Below, in pieces: positions 12,929 to 25,300 of a stretch of 64,000 bases of DNA. The stretch's first letter is position 1; every line of letters begins with the position of its first letter. Made by a program: the position numbers and the translations under genes. This DNA comes from Phoronis australis (lineage: Eukaryota; Animalia; Phoronida): NCBI GenBank assembly GCA_002633005.1, contig NMRA01000069.1, positions 549,740 through 613,739 on the forward strand. Direction: 5' to 3'. Under the pieces are notes generated by a model. The model was not told the origin of the DNA. It worked only from the letters and a program-made list of their open reading frames with translations, and ran no database searches.

Positions 12929-13303
12929 GATAGCCAGGCTCTCCTGATATGTTGACTGTGCCTGGATGGACGTGAGGCATTTCACTGACACATGATAATG
13001 AGTCAATCAGATAGGGGCACGACAGATGTCGCCGAAAGTCATACCTTTCCCGGCTATGACTCGGACATCAGCCATGACAAGTTAAAGTTACCAACCAAAG
13101 GATGTGTGGATAAGCATGCCTTTTCAGACCATAAGGCAGAACGAAAAGTCGAGGGTGTTGCTAAATGTGAACGCCCACCGTCATCAAATGGTAGAGGATT
13201 GACCTATAAATCAATAGCTAACGGAATTTCCGATGCCGGTTCACCAAATGCCAAAACTGATAAAATGTCCAAAATTACCAGCAGCTCTGATGACCCTGAA
13301 GAG
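12929..13303 (+). CDS. ASH1L: ASH1L probable first coding exon (ATG at 12992), with 5'UTR part 12929-12991
   Basis: Acceptor tgttttag|G at 12929, a 104-codon low-complexity ORF, and a strong donor GAG|GTAAGT in phase 0, which matches the phase-0 acceptor at 30248. Confidence 0.65.
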
Positions 13304-16300
13304 GTAAGTTATTGTTCAGGTTCAACCTGCCAATAAAATGTGACGACTGGAGTGTTGTGTTTAGAGATATGTCTCCATTAGCTTCACCTTGGGCTGCTTA
13401 TGTTACTGGTGATATTTGATTGCAAATATCACTAAGGGTTTATTACGCTCAAAGATCGGGATTGACCTGCAGTTTGTCCAACTCCGTTTCGTTTCATGGG
13501 AAGTGGCAGAGACTTCGTGGAGAGTTCAACTTAACGACAATAATTTCGACCTGGAAAATCATGGTCTTGAACATAATATTATACCCCAAATTGATCTCGG
13601 TCGACCTAGGTTGTGGGCAACTTTCAGCCTGGGATACGCAATCAGCTTTGCAGAAGTTTCGAAAATTTTTAAAACTTTCTCTTACCGCTTAGTGAACCGC
13701 CGATAAATTTTTGCACAAAACTGCTTGGCCTCGATAAGAGCAGAAACTGCTTGTAAATAACGCATAATTTACTACCCTGATAACAGAACAGACACAGCAG
13801 GATTATTGTGCACTAATAAATCACTGCCCCTGTATTCATTGACACCGTTTATGACATAAACACTCTGCCAGCCTATTGTGTTGGCTGCTAATAGCAGTTT
13901 TTTTCTTAGGCGCAACTATCAGGTTTCTCAAGACATCAAGATAGCCTTGCTGTTTGTTACCATGGATGAAAACGCAGGCATCTCAATTACCTCTATTGTT
14001 ACAAGAATCTGCTTGTGTATAACTGGTTTCTAGTTTACGCCATTGGGCAATGGTGTACATTTCGCCTTGTTGAGTTAAAAGTAGCTTGAAAGAAGACATT
14101 GTGGAAAAACCATTGCCCTCCCTCACCTGAGGGGAATGTGCCTATGCCTTTGGAGAGGGAAATGTTTTGGTTGATGGGAAATTCCACCCTCCCCAGTCAT
14201 TACCTGATGAAGTGTATTGCGTGTGATTTTTAAACAGTTTTCATAAATTAGGCCAATGTTCGATATCAAAATCATGTGCGTCGAGTGTCTTGGAATAGCA
14301 CAGAATGAAAGGAAAACATAATCTTGGTGAATTTGGGAGTCCACGCTGCAGGTAGGGAACACTCTGCGCTGTGGAATGTCCATGCAGGCAATACCTTAAC
14401 CCATTGTGTCGCAGTTACATAAAGAGGATGACCAGGGGTTATAGTCTTGGCCCTTCGTACATGTTGCCTATTGGTTGAAGACTGGAATGATCATCTTGAC
14501 CTGTTCAGTAGTGTTTGAATTCATTCAGAAGTGACAAGCAGCCTTAGGTATTCTGATGGGACAATTTTTTAGAAACCGTTTTAGAAACCCCTCTTGCGTG
14601 AAATTGGAGCCAGGCGTGGTTGAATAAGTAATTGGGTGAAACATTTGCGAAATATATCATCCTGTTGTTGACGGATACAGTATTGATTCTGTTGTCTTTC
14701 TGCAGTTGCCAGTTTTGTTGTCTACGTTTTTAGTTGCATATTTCATGCTTCCAGTATTTTTTCTTTTATTAAAGGAAAATGCCACCTAAAAAACAACCTA
14801 TTTTTATCAATTTAGATCGAGCAGTTCTACTCGATAATGGCAGGTTCGGTTGCGTTACCTGACACCTGACGGCAGACGTAGGTGTTGAAATTATCCAATG
14901 ACGTAAATGGTTTCACACGCAGTCTGTTCAGCAGTTCACAACACCGGTTAGTGGTGTCAGCTTATCGCTTGAATTCATCGTTTAACACCAATATATCATC
15001 AAACTTCGATGTAAAACCCTTAAAAATACACCGAGTTCTTATAAAAATTTGTTGTTTTATTTCGCTGTTACGGATTTACTGATATTGGGACACACCGCAG
15101 CCTACAGAGTTCAGCAGGTCAATTTACCAAGGTCCGTAGCAGGAGTTTGGGGTCTGTTCGAAGATAAATTTGAAGTATTCTTCCGTGAAATATAGACAGG
15201 AGAACCTAGATCTGTGTTGTTTATACTTGTGATTTTTTGAGTTCTAAACACACAAAACGCTTGTCATCCCGGCCAGTGGCTCGGAACCCGATCAAGCCCG
15301 TCGCGGCCGGACTGACTCATTATGCCGGCCAATGGCTCAGAACCCGATCAGGCCCGTCGCGGCCGCTGGGACTGGCACGAACATAAACCAGCTTGAGTTG
15401 GAAACTAAACCTCCAGTCACGAAAAGACTATAATAGTGAGCCAAAGAAACAATGTGCACGTACCATTATTTATGTGAATTAGCCCGTGACGAAACTGAAA
15501 ATCTACTTACTTGTCGGGGGCTGCGAAGTCGGATTCCCCTTCCACAGACAGTCAGGGCAAAGGTTGCACAGTAACAATGATTTGAATAATTTATTTGTGT
15601 TTCTACATAAAGATTCCCGTAACATGTGACAATAATAGCATATAAAATTGAGTAATTGTTTTACAACAGCTTTCTGTCAGCAAACAGTGAATTAGCATGC
15701 GCTCACCAGTGTTCTCTACAATAACAATTCCAAACTCGACGCATATTTCTAGAATTCAGTATCAGTAGTCAACACTATCGGCAAGGTGAGGTCGACCGTA
15801 TAAGAGGCGATGTGGATATAGACCGTTTAAGACAATAAAAAGACTAATTAAATCGGGTGGCATTATCCTTTAATGTGTTGGATTTCCAAATCAGGCCCTA
15901 TGGGAGAACACCATTGTAGTGGATACTTCCAGCACTAGTGGTAGTAGTAGTAGTACTACTACTACTAACAAGTACAACTAGATCAGATAGTACTGACTAA
16001 TGTTTTCTACTGCTAATAACAGATAATAGTGATTAACTGCAAAATATTTTTTACTGTATACGATTTGCTAGGAGTAGGGCTGACGTGCAGTAGTAGCAGT
16101 AATAGTAGTACTACTGTTGTTTCTGTTTCGTCAACTACTGTTCCTACTGCAGGGTCTTCAAGCCCTCAGTCTTGGGACCGAATTTCGGTCTGAAAAATCT
16201 TTAGAAATCACACGAAATGCCCCTTGTGAGATCCAAAAACTCCTCTCAAATGAGTAAAAATTTCCCTCGCGGTTCGAATATTTTATTAACTTACACAAGC

Positions 16301-19300
16301 AATGGCTTAGAACAGCCTGAAATGATAGTATTGGGTTCTTGAGGCAGAGCGACTGGGGTGGGTGAGGGTAGAGTTGTGTGCACAAGAGCGCCACCTTACT
16401 TAATCACTGTTAATTGTTACCACAGCTAAATACTACTAGGGCTACTACTGCTAAGTGCTACTAGATCCGATAATACTGATTAACAATAAAGTATATTGCC
16501 TGATACGTTTTGATAGAAGTAGGGCTGACATGCATCACTATGGTCAGTCTTGCTTTGGTATCTTTGTGACTTTCGCTGCATCTCAACTTTGACTTGGTGT
16601 TTCAAATTGATCCCAAACCATTCCACATTTAGTACACACTCAGTGAAGTATTGACCTGAGAACAGGCTTCTTAATGGAATTTGATAGTTTTTTGCTTCGC
16701 TATGTCATCTTGTACGGCCCTCCCCCCTGCTCTTCTAAATAGTAAGTTCCTTTATCCTTGGAAATGCAGTAATTTGTCCCATTTTCTTCCTGTGTGCTTT
16801 GGCACTTGTAGTTTACATTCCATGGCACATTACAACTCCACAACTCATTTGCTTCTTGCATAATCCACTGAGTTTGGTGGTTGTCCAGACAGTGTGAATG
16901 ACCTGGTCAACTAAATGGAACTGCCCACTGGTCTTTTCTGTCTCATTGCCCACCTGTCTGGCAATTTCACCTCTGAGAGAGTTCCCCTGGTTTTGTCTTT
17001 GTTCCTGAGCCTTCAGCAATCGCTGTGGGAATCCGGTTTTCTGCGTGACAAAATTCAGTCTGTTTACCACTTAAATAATTTAGGTGTCGGGCAAGTTGTT
17101 GCATTGTGCTCAGGTGACCGTGTGTGAAACTGTGGGGTTTTCCTTCGGGTAATACCGCAGAATCGTGTTTCGACAAAAGCACTGGCTACGGTAATTTAAA
17201 CCGCATGTGAAAAGTAGTGCCAAAGTATTTGCCCCGAGGTCATTTGCTGGCTTGGTTTTCAGGGAATTGGACTGAATTGCCTGCATTCTATGATTCATGT
17301 TCTTGAGAGTTGTTGTTTCCTGTTAAGAGGGTGCTAACGCGTAATATTGACAACAAGTTGAAATTAACAAGTTTGAAATGCATTCTGAACTGTGTTCTCA
17401 ACAATGAAAATTCAAATGTTTAAGAAGTGGGTGAATGCCATTAAACATGCCAGTAGTGATCAGCAGCTAACATTGCTTATCTGTATTGCACATTTACTTG
17501 CATTTTTACCCAAGGGACATTGATTCATCTTCAATGGACGCTGGTCAGTTTTTGGGTTTGCGCGAACAGATGTTGGTCAAGTGGAAAGAGCTTTGAAAAT
17601 TGTACTGTTTGATAACGAATATGCCATGACATCAAAGTGTAAAAAAATAAGTAACATCACTGCTATGTTGGGACACGCGTGTTTTAAGAACTAATCACTT
17701 TTAAAGCAAAAATTGGTGTCAAAGCATGTTTACTCGGTGCAATGCTTTATTAACGCACGGATAGACAAAGGTCTCTTTCCCACGTGTCTGTCTGAAGGTG
17801 GCAGTCTTCAGTTTCAGGACAACTTTAACGATTTGTGAAGCATCCGCCAAAGTAACTCTTGCAACCCTTCACAATACCTGACTTTTCCGCTACAAACCAT
17901 TTGTGAATAGGGAAAATAGTATTTGTTATTGGGTATTTACACAGGAGCTCGGTGTTTGTTCACACAATCTCCTAATTGTTATTAATAATTAAAGCCAAGA
18001 GATTTGTGACAGATGTCTCTGGCTCTGTCATGGCATCAGTTTTTGTATAATACACCAGTGACTAAATCTTTCATTGCCCCCTTGTGTTTTGTCATATGAT
18101 GGGTTCACAGCCAATGTATATCAATTGGCCAGATGGTTTCATTGGCATGGTGTTTTGACTGGCTATGGGTGCCTTGAGGAAAGGGCACTGTTTTCTCTGG
18201 GGATTATCTCTCTAGTGATACTTGAAGAAATCGATAGGGAAAAATTTGTTGTTGACTTACTGATATATTGATGATTATGAAAATTCAGACCAGGGAATAC
18301 AGTCTTTTCATTGGTCTGTTTGTTCATGCAAATGCTGAAGTGCAGTCGTTTGATTGACCGGTTTGTTTATGCAAATGAGGAGGTGCTGTTTTGTTATTGG
18401 CCTATTTGTTCATGAAAATGAGAGATTGTTGAGTTGATTAGGCACTATTGACTTCCAGGCATCTTCGCTGGAATTTAGCACGTGCTACCTGACATCGGGG
18501 GTGGGGGGTGGTGAGCTGAGAATTTACCCTACCTTTCCTAAGTTACAAGGCTATCTAGCTGTGATAAATTTACCTGGTGTTGGCAGAAGTGATTGATGTT
18601 GAGTAGAAAAATTCTCATTTACATTTACAAGGGTTCATTTTTGATACCGGTCGTGAGATCTACATACTAAGTGGTGTCTCTCTGTCCTTTTTGTCTCTGT
18701 GTTACAGATATGCTGTCTGAGCACTCAACTGATCTGGGGCAAAGTGTCCTGGGGGGCATGTTGCCCTGGAGAAATTTGCTGTCTGGACGTTGTGCGCACA
18801 CCTAGGGAACTACACATCGATTACTTGGGTTTCAGAGCAAATGGCGACTATTTTGGCCAAACTTTATCAGGATGTTTCATTTTGGGGCTAAATTTCACGT
18901 CCTTTTCTCCTATGAAAAACATTTAAAAATCACATCAAAATCTCTTATCAGTCCCAAAAATTCTCCATTGATTACAGGAATTATATTTTGAGTTTAACGT
19001 TAAATATCATTGTCTGATATACGGATGGGAAGAAGCCGTGTTGATGGATCACATGACTGGTACCCCTGCTGCCACCTGTGACCCGTGAGGTGACAGTAGA
19101 TATATGTAGTACTTCAATGTAGGTGCCATAGTATTTAAAATTGATCTTCTTTTTTGAAGGCGCACAGAAATGTTGAAGCATAACACTTTGAGTTCATCAA
19201 AATGACCACAGTATTGTATCTTAATGCACAGAATTCTCTCATTTTGCCTATGGTGCTCGTTCAGATCCATCGGTTTATACTCGCCAAAATTTCGACAGTT

Positions 19301-22300
19301 TTATTTTTTAATGTCCGTCTTCTGTGGTGGACCTGTTCAACTTAGTGCCCATCTTTATGTTTTGTCTTCCCAAGTTTAGCGACCATAACATTAACCCGAT
19401 GAGTACGGTTAGTAAAGCTGCTTCATAATCCACTAGAGGGCTCCTCAAGTCTTTGGTGCCGTGTCATCAGTGGCCATTGTTCTGTGACGGTCTCTTGTGT
19501 CTCGCTGTGAAAAAACACATGGTGAAGAAAAAATGATCTTCACTTCAACGATAGTGAATTAGCTATAGAATGGAAAGGTTTTGGGTCACTTTCAGACCCT
19601 GTACAGCCTTTGCATAACGTGCTGAGATAACACTGCTTGCACTGAGTAGTTGGCACTCAAGATCTGTGCTACAGCGCTCGATGCTTAGCTACACATCAAG
19701 TCGCATTTGGCGACCTGGCAAAAATCCTGGGTCGACAAAATTGAAAATGAAGTCATCGGCACCTACAACTGAGGTTCCCTATCTGGCGTAAATTTTCGGC
19801 GACCAGAAAAGGTCGTACGTCTGTAATGGCATCCATTTTCCATGTGCTTCTCTAATATTTTACCAGTCGACAAACGTCCATACAAGCTAACCCAGTTTAT
19901 ACGACGACCGGCTGACGAGCATGTCCTCGCAGACAACTGCATGTCCTGGTGGTGTGAATTTCCGCGGTCTTGTCCAATTTTTGCTGAACAATTTCAACTT
20001 CTGTCTTTTTACTTCTTGTAATTTCAACTTGGTGGCAAATGCATTCATGACATACGGTAAATTGAATTATTGTAAATCAAAGGTAATACATCTAGGAAAA
20101 CTATTAGTAATGTCAAGTTTGGAAGTCAACACCAACATTGAAACGAATTTTGTGGGAAATATTCTCATGGCGACTTGGCATTTTTCCCAGGTTGCCAAAC
20201 ACAATCTGAGGTCGCATTTGCGACCTGCAGGTCGCCCAATCGAGTGCTGTGCTAGATTACACTGGGCAAGCACTGGGCAGTTGTGGCTCGAGAGATGTGG
20301 CTAGGTTACAGACCTTAGAGAGGGGTTGACTCAGGGCTTGGAATTTTCCGCAGAAACGCGGATTTCCGCTTTTTTCAAATGTTCTGTCCACGCATTTTAT
20401 TATATTTCCGCGTAAAAAAATCGGATTTGATATAAAATTTCCGCGGCAAATTCCTTTCTTACCGCGGCGTTGCAGATGACGTTCACCTCGAAAAGTGGAA
20501 GTTACTCTTTATGTTTCGGAAGAACGTAAATTGTCAACATTGCCGGGGCATCTGGGATAGCGTGGTGGGATTTTCAATGGCATCTCGTGTTATTGTAAAT
20601 CGCGGCGACAAATACTACGGCTCTGCAGCCAAAAATGTGTGGGTTGGGAGGGTACGGACGGACGAGCTTAAAGACGCATGCTACTGATGGTGGTAACGCT
20701 TCGTTTCTTTTTCTTTTTTTTTAGTCTTCCCAATTTTTGTCGGGGAAAGATTTACATCGATCATTTCAAGGCTGGGTAGCGCGCATAATTTGGGCCATAA
20801 AAGTTTCCGCGTTTTTTTGTCATTGGTCATTCCAAGCCCTGTTGACTAGTCTTTGTCCAACCTCTGTTTTCTGCTGGTTTCCAGTAAAAGGGTTCAAAGT
20901 TGGTGGAAATTAAGGTTATTCCCTGTGTTATGACCATGTGTGCATGAAGTGTGTCTGTTCTCTCTATGACCACAATGAGCATGGCATTAAGTTTCACAAT
21001 GAGATATTGGATTACTACAACTGTGCTCAAATAGATGGCCTCTCTTTTGTTCTCTGTGACTTCTCTGTTGTTCTGAGTGAGTGTTAGGTACATGGATATT
21101 GGAAATAGTCTGAATAGCAGGATTAGTAGAATGTTATTGGCCTTTCTGAATGGCTGAATATGTACACATAGTAATAACTCAGCAATATTTAGGACATGGT
21201 ATGGTGGAGGTGGTCGTTATTCATGGTATGGTGGAAGTGGTCGTTATTCATGGTATGGTGGAGGTGGTCGTTATTCATTTTCTCATAAAGGATAAGTGGT
21301 ACCTTCATCTCTTTAACCTTGTATTATAACCATCAGAGGATATTTTTGATAATGACCGTATTCACTACAGCACTGGAAGCTTTTGACAAGTGAACGTGAT
21401 CAATTTTTGGCAGTGATTTTTTGGCCAAAATTGGTGAGATATTTTGAGAGGTAGCTTTTCACCAGACTTGTTTCTTGGCCTTGTTTTCGACTTAGATTTT
21501 GGGCACCGCTGTTATGGATGCTGAATTCACGCTAAAAATAGCCGTAAATAATTCTGTCTTTGGTTTGCATGATGAGCAAAAAGTCAATATTTTGTAGACT
21601 GGTTTTTATTCATCTTCAATGCACAGACGTGCCTAACTGCCATCTTTACAGGACACCTGATCATAGCTATTGAGAAAATTGGAATGACTTGAAAAAAACA
21701 TCTGTTAGGAGTAAAAAATGATATTCGTTTGAATATAAGAAGTTGGCTTTTCATTACCCAAGTGATGTTTTTAAGCAGGTATAAACTCGTGTTCCGTTGA
21801 TGAAGATAACTAATGATTTTGCCTATAAAATTGATCTCCAGTCATTCCTATCCCTGATGAGAAGTGGTTTCAAAGTTTGCAGCGCTCGACGCTAAGCTAA
21901 ATGCCAAGTCGCATTTGGCGTGGCGACCTGGTGCAAACGAAATCTGAGGTCACCAAAACTGAAAAATCTCGGGCACCGTAATGAATTCTGTTGTGTCCAA
22001 TCCAACGTAAAAGTTCATCGACTAAAAATAAAAAAATTTTAGTGGCCTCAACATCACTCATTCCCTTGCGCTCCTCCAATTTTCCCCGTAAATGCTTGTG
22101 TGATAAATGGTATAGGCGTATATTCATTCTCTAACTCAATTCCTCCCGTCGACGAACGAAAATATAACTCAACGCATGGGCTAGTGGCGCAAATTTCACC
22201 AATCTTGCACGATTTTTGCCAAACAATTCTGACTTCTTTCTATTTACGTCATGTTGTAATTTAAACGTGGTGCCAAATGCGCTGATTAAATGAAATAAAC

Positions 22301-25300
22301 GGAACAACTGTGTATCAAAGGTAATAAATCTAGGAAAACTGTTAGCAATTTAAAGTTTGAAAGTCAACTCCAACTTTGAAACGAATTTAGAGGGAAATAT
22401 TGTCTGACTTAGATGATACTCGCACTGGTGACTTCGTGGCAACTTGGAAATTTTCCCAGGTTGCCAAACACAATCTGAGGTCACATTTGCGAGTGCTGGT
22501 TTGCAAAGAACCGACAACTGAGTATTCATTGAGACCCTTCTTGATGCATAAAATGACACGTGATTATCGTCAGCAACGACAAACTATACATTATCACTTC
22601 CAGTTTAACAAAGGAACAATTTCAGATTAATTTCAATTCCAGACCAATTTCAATTTCAGACCAATTTCAATTTCAGACCAATTTCAATTTCAGACCAATT
22701 TCAATTTCAGACCAATTTCAATTTCGTACTGATTTTCATAACTGTATGTACGGTTATAGTCTAAATCAAAAGTTGTTTTCCTGATAAAAGGCCGGTTAAT
22801 AAATGTTTTAGGTGTTGTCTGCAAAGTTTGTAGAACAAGTTGATCACTGGTCCTTCCTGGTATGATGTTCGATTGATGTTATCATATACTTCCTTGACTA
22901 TGGCAAACTTGGCTCATGTTGAAAGATTGTAGCCTGACTCTGTATAAATGATGTTAGCCTTTGGTGTAGGTTTTCTTAGTAAGAGCATCATTCAAGTAAT
23001 GGCTCTTGTGGTTAAATCAAATAGCAATCAAGCTCTCTGGGGTTTACCTGGCTGTGGTCAGAATGCTTGTTTGTGGCCAGCTTGTTGAGACCATCATGGG
23101 AAATTGAAACCAGTCTCATCTCTGTAATGTTTAAAACCACCAGGTCAGTGTGGTGACAGTGATCTTGAGTTGATGGATTTTTGATTGGGTGGGCAGGTAT
23201 ATAGGGGGATTGTGTCCAGCTGCTGTGCAGTACCCCTTTGCCACTCTGCATAGTACGTTTGTTTCTAGTATAAAATCTAAGTAATTTATTTTTATGCACC
23301 CACATATTCAAATATGGGTGCATATTGCCATCATCTCTGCCTGGGCATCTAGTGTCTGTAGCTGTATCTCCTAAACCTCTCACAGTATCTTGATGAGATT
23401 TGAGAGATGTGTTTTTATGAAGCTGATGATAGGCGATGAATTTCGGACAGATCCTATAATCGGTGTGCCCCCTGGTGGCAATTTTAGTTTTTTACGTTTA
23501 TCTCTGTATCTAGAAAAGGTGCTCAACAGATTTTCATGAAATTTGGCACATAGGCATCAATTAGTGAGATGACGCTTTCCTTCCGTTTCGTATGGATTCG
23601 AGGTATTTTTGCCATCTAGTGTCCATTTTTATTGTTTTTGAGTCTGTTTTTTTGGAGTTATCGACTGGGGTCACTGCCTGTCTTTGCTAACAGCAGGCAG
23701 TGACTGGTTACTATTTGTTAACATTTTGTTCTAATAATCATTATTTTGAAAGTATAAGCATTCTATTTCAATTTATCCATGTATTTGCTGGATTCTTTAC
23801 GTTAAAAAAATCACTGAATGTAAAGTGTTCGCAAAACGAGTTCCCGTCATGCCATACCGCCTATATTTGGATCATGTGTTAGCCTGCTCAAGAGTCAATT
23901 TTTTCCTATGTTATTTTCTAGTACATCGTCATGGTCCCAACGTGGCAACCATGAACTGCTTGGGAAAGGGCCTTAACAGCCCAAGGCCAATTTGTTTTCA
24001 GTTACTTAACAAAGACCATTGGATGATTGCACCTATTTGTCAATTCATAATCACACTGTCTTTATTACATAATAGACAAGCATGCTCTCTTTACAGTTGA
24101 ACAGGGGCAGATTGGCTCTGCCATCAGGTTCACAAGTCCCTCTTGTTTATGTTCCCATTAAATTGTCTTTGTCTACTGCCAGCATGTTTGGTCACTTCAA
24201 AGACCCTTTGTGCCCCTGACCATGGAGCATCTGCCTTTGTTTTGGACTACCTGTGTTATCACCTGGCCAAGGTGTTTAAATGTAAACTGATGGTTAATTG
24301 ATCAATACTCTATTCCTACATTAGCATGCTGTGTACATATCAACAGTACAGCCTCTATTCTATAATTAGACTAAAAGGTACACTGTGGGAAGATTGGAAT
24401 CTCTGTTCTGGCTAAGAACTAGGTGTTATTGGGCTATTTTTAACACAATTCCAGGTACAGGAAAAATCGCATGAATCGGATCCAATCAAAGCACAAGATT
24501 TCATCCGGGCATGGGGGGAATCCGACTTATTTGAAAGACAGAATGCACGAACTAACCCAGCGGTGTCGTTGAACTTCGTTCAAGTTAAGCGAAAATCTGA
24601 CTTGTGCAAGTTTTGCTATACGCTACTTCAGTGTCAATCATTTTTCACAATTTGATAGTTAACCATGTAGGCATGTGCGTTTTGTCAAGTATGGCATATC
24701 TGTTTTCCCCAGTCTAGAACCTTCAGGCCTCGACCACTGTCCGTTACTTGTCTCTGTTCACGCTTCTGTTCAACTTATATAAATATTACATGATGAGATT
24801 AGATAGTTTTTTAGTCAACTTTTGTAAAATTTCATTGGCAAGGTGATTTCCTTGAGTTCATTGGAGGTCATGTTCCTGTCATGTATTGTCAGTTTGTCAA
24901 AGTCAGTTGGAAGATTTCAAACTGAAAACATCCTTTTCAATAGCTGACTTTTGATACTGGTGCCATCTAAAGTACCTTTGAGAGCGCAAAAGAAACTTCC
25001 GCTTGATCCCGACTCGGACAGAAATTCAGTTGCTACACAGTGGTTCATTAATTTACACAAGGAATAAATCTCCTTCCAATTGTTTGATTAGGTCGAGTTC
25101 ATCAATTTAATTTTAGCTTTTCGACATCAACTGGGTGTGGAATTCTTCCCCTCTATAAGTCGCAACTACTGGCTTTGCATCCTCACAGTCTTTTTCACTG
25201 TGGGTAATGTATGTGACAGGATGTCCTTCGTCCATGGATATTTCAAGAGGTTGCCTTTTTCGGTGAGCCGTTAGTACACCCCACCGCACAGCAGTGGAAA

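Noticed and set aside
12966-12995. MDVRH resembling the vertebrate ASH1L start MDPRN
   Set aside because: It is out of frame and stops after 9 codons. The similarity is too short to be meaningful.
22618-22725. Short tandem arrays (also 7178, 21195, 54300) considered as CRISPR-like
   Set aside because: There are no unique spacers and no cas genes, and the context is eukaryotic. These are ordinary minisatellites or MITE internals.
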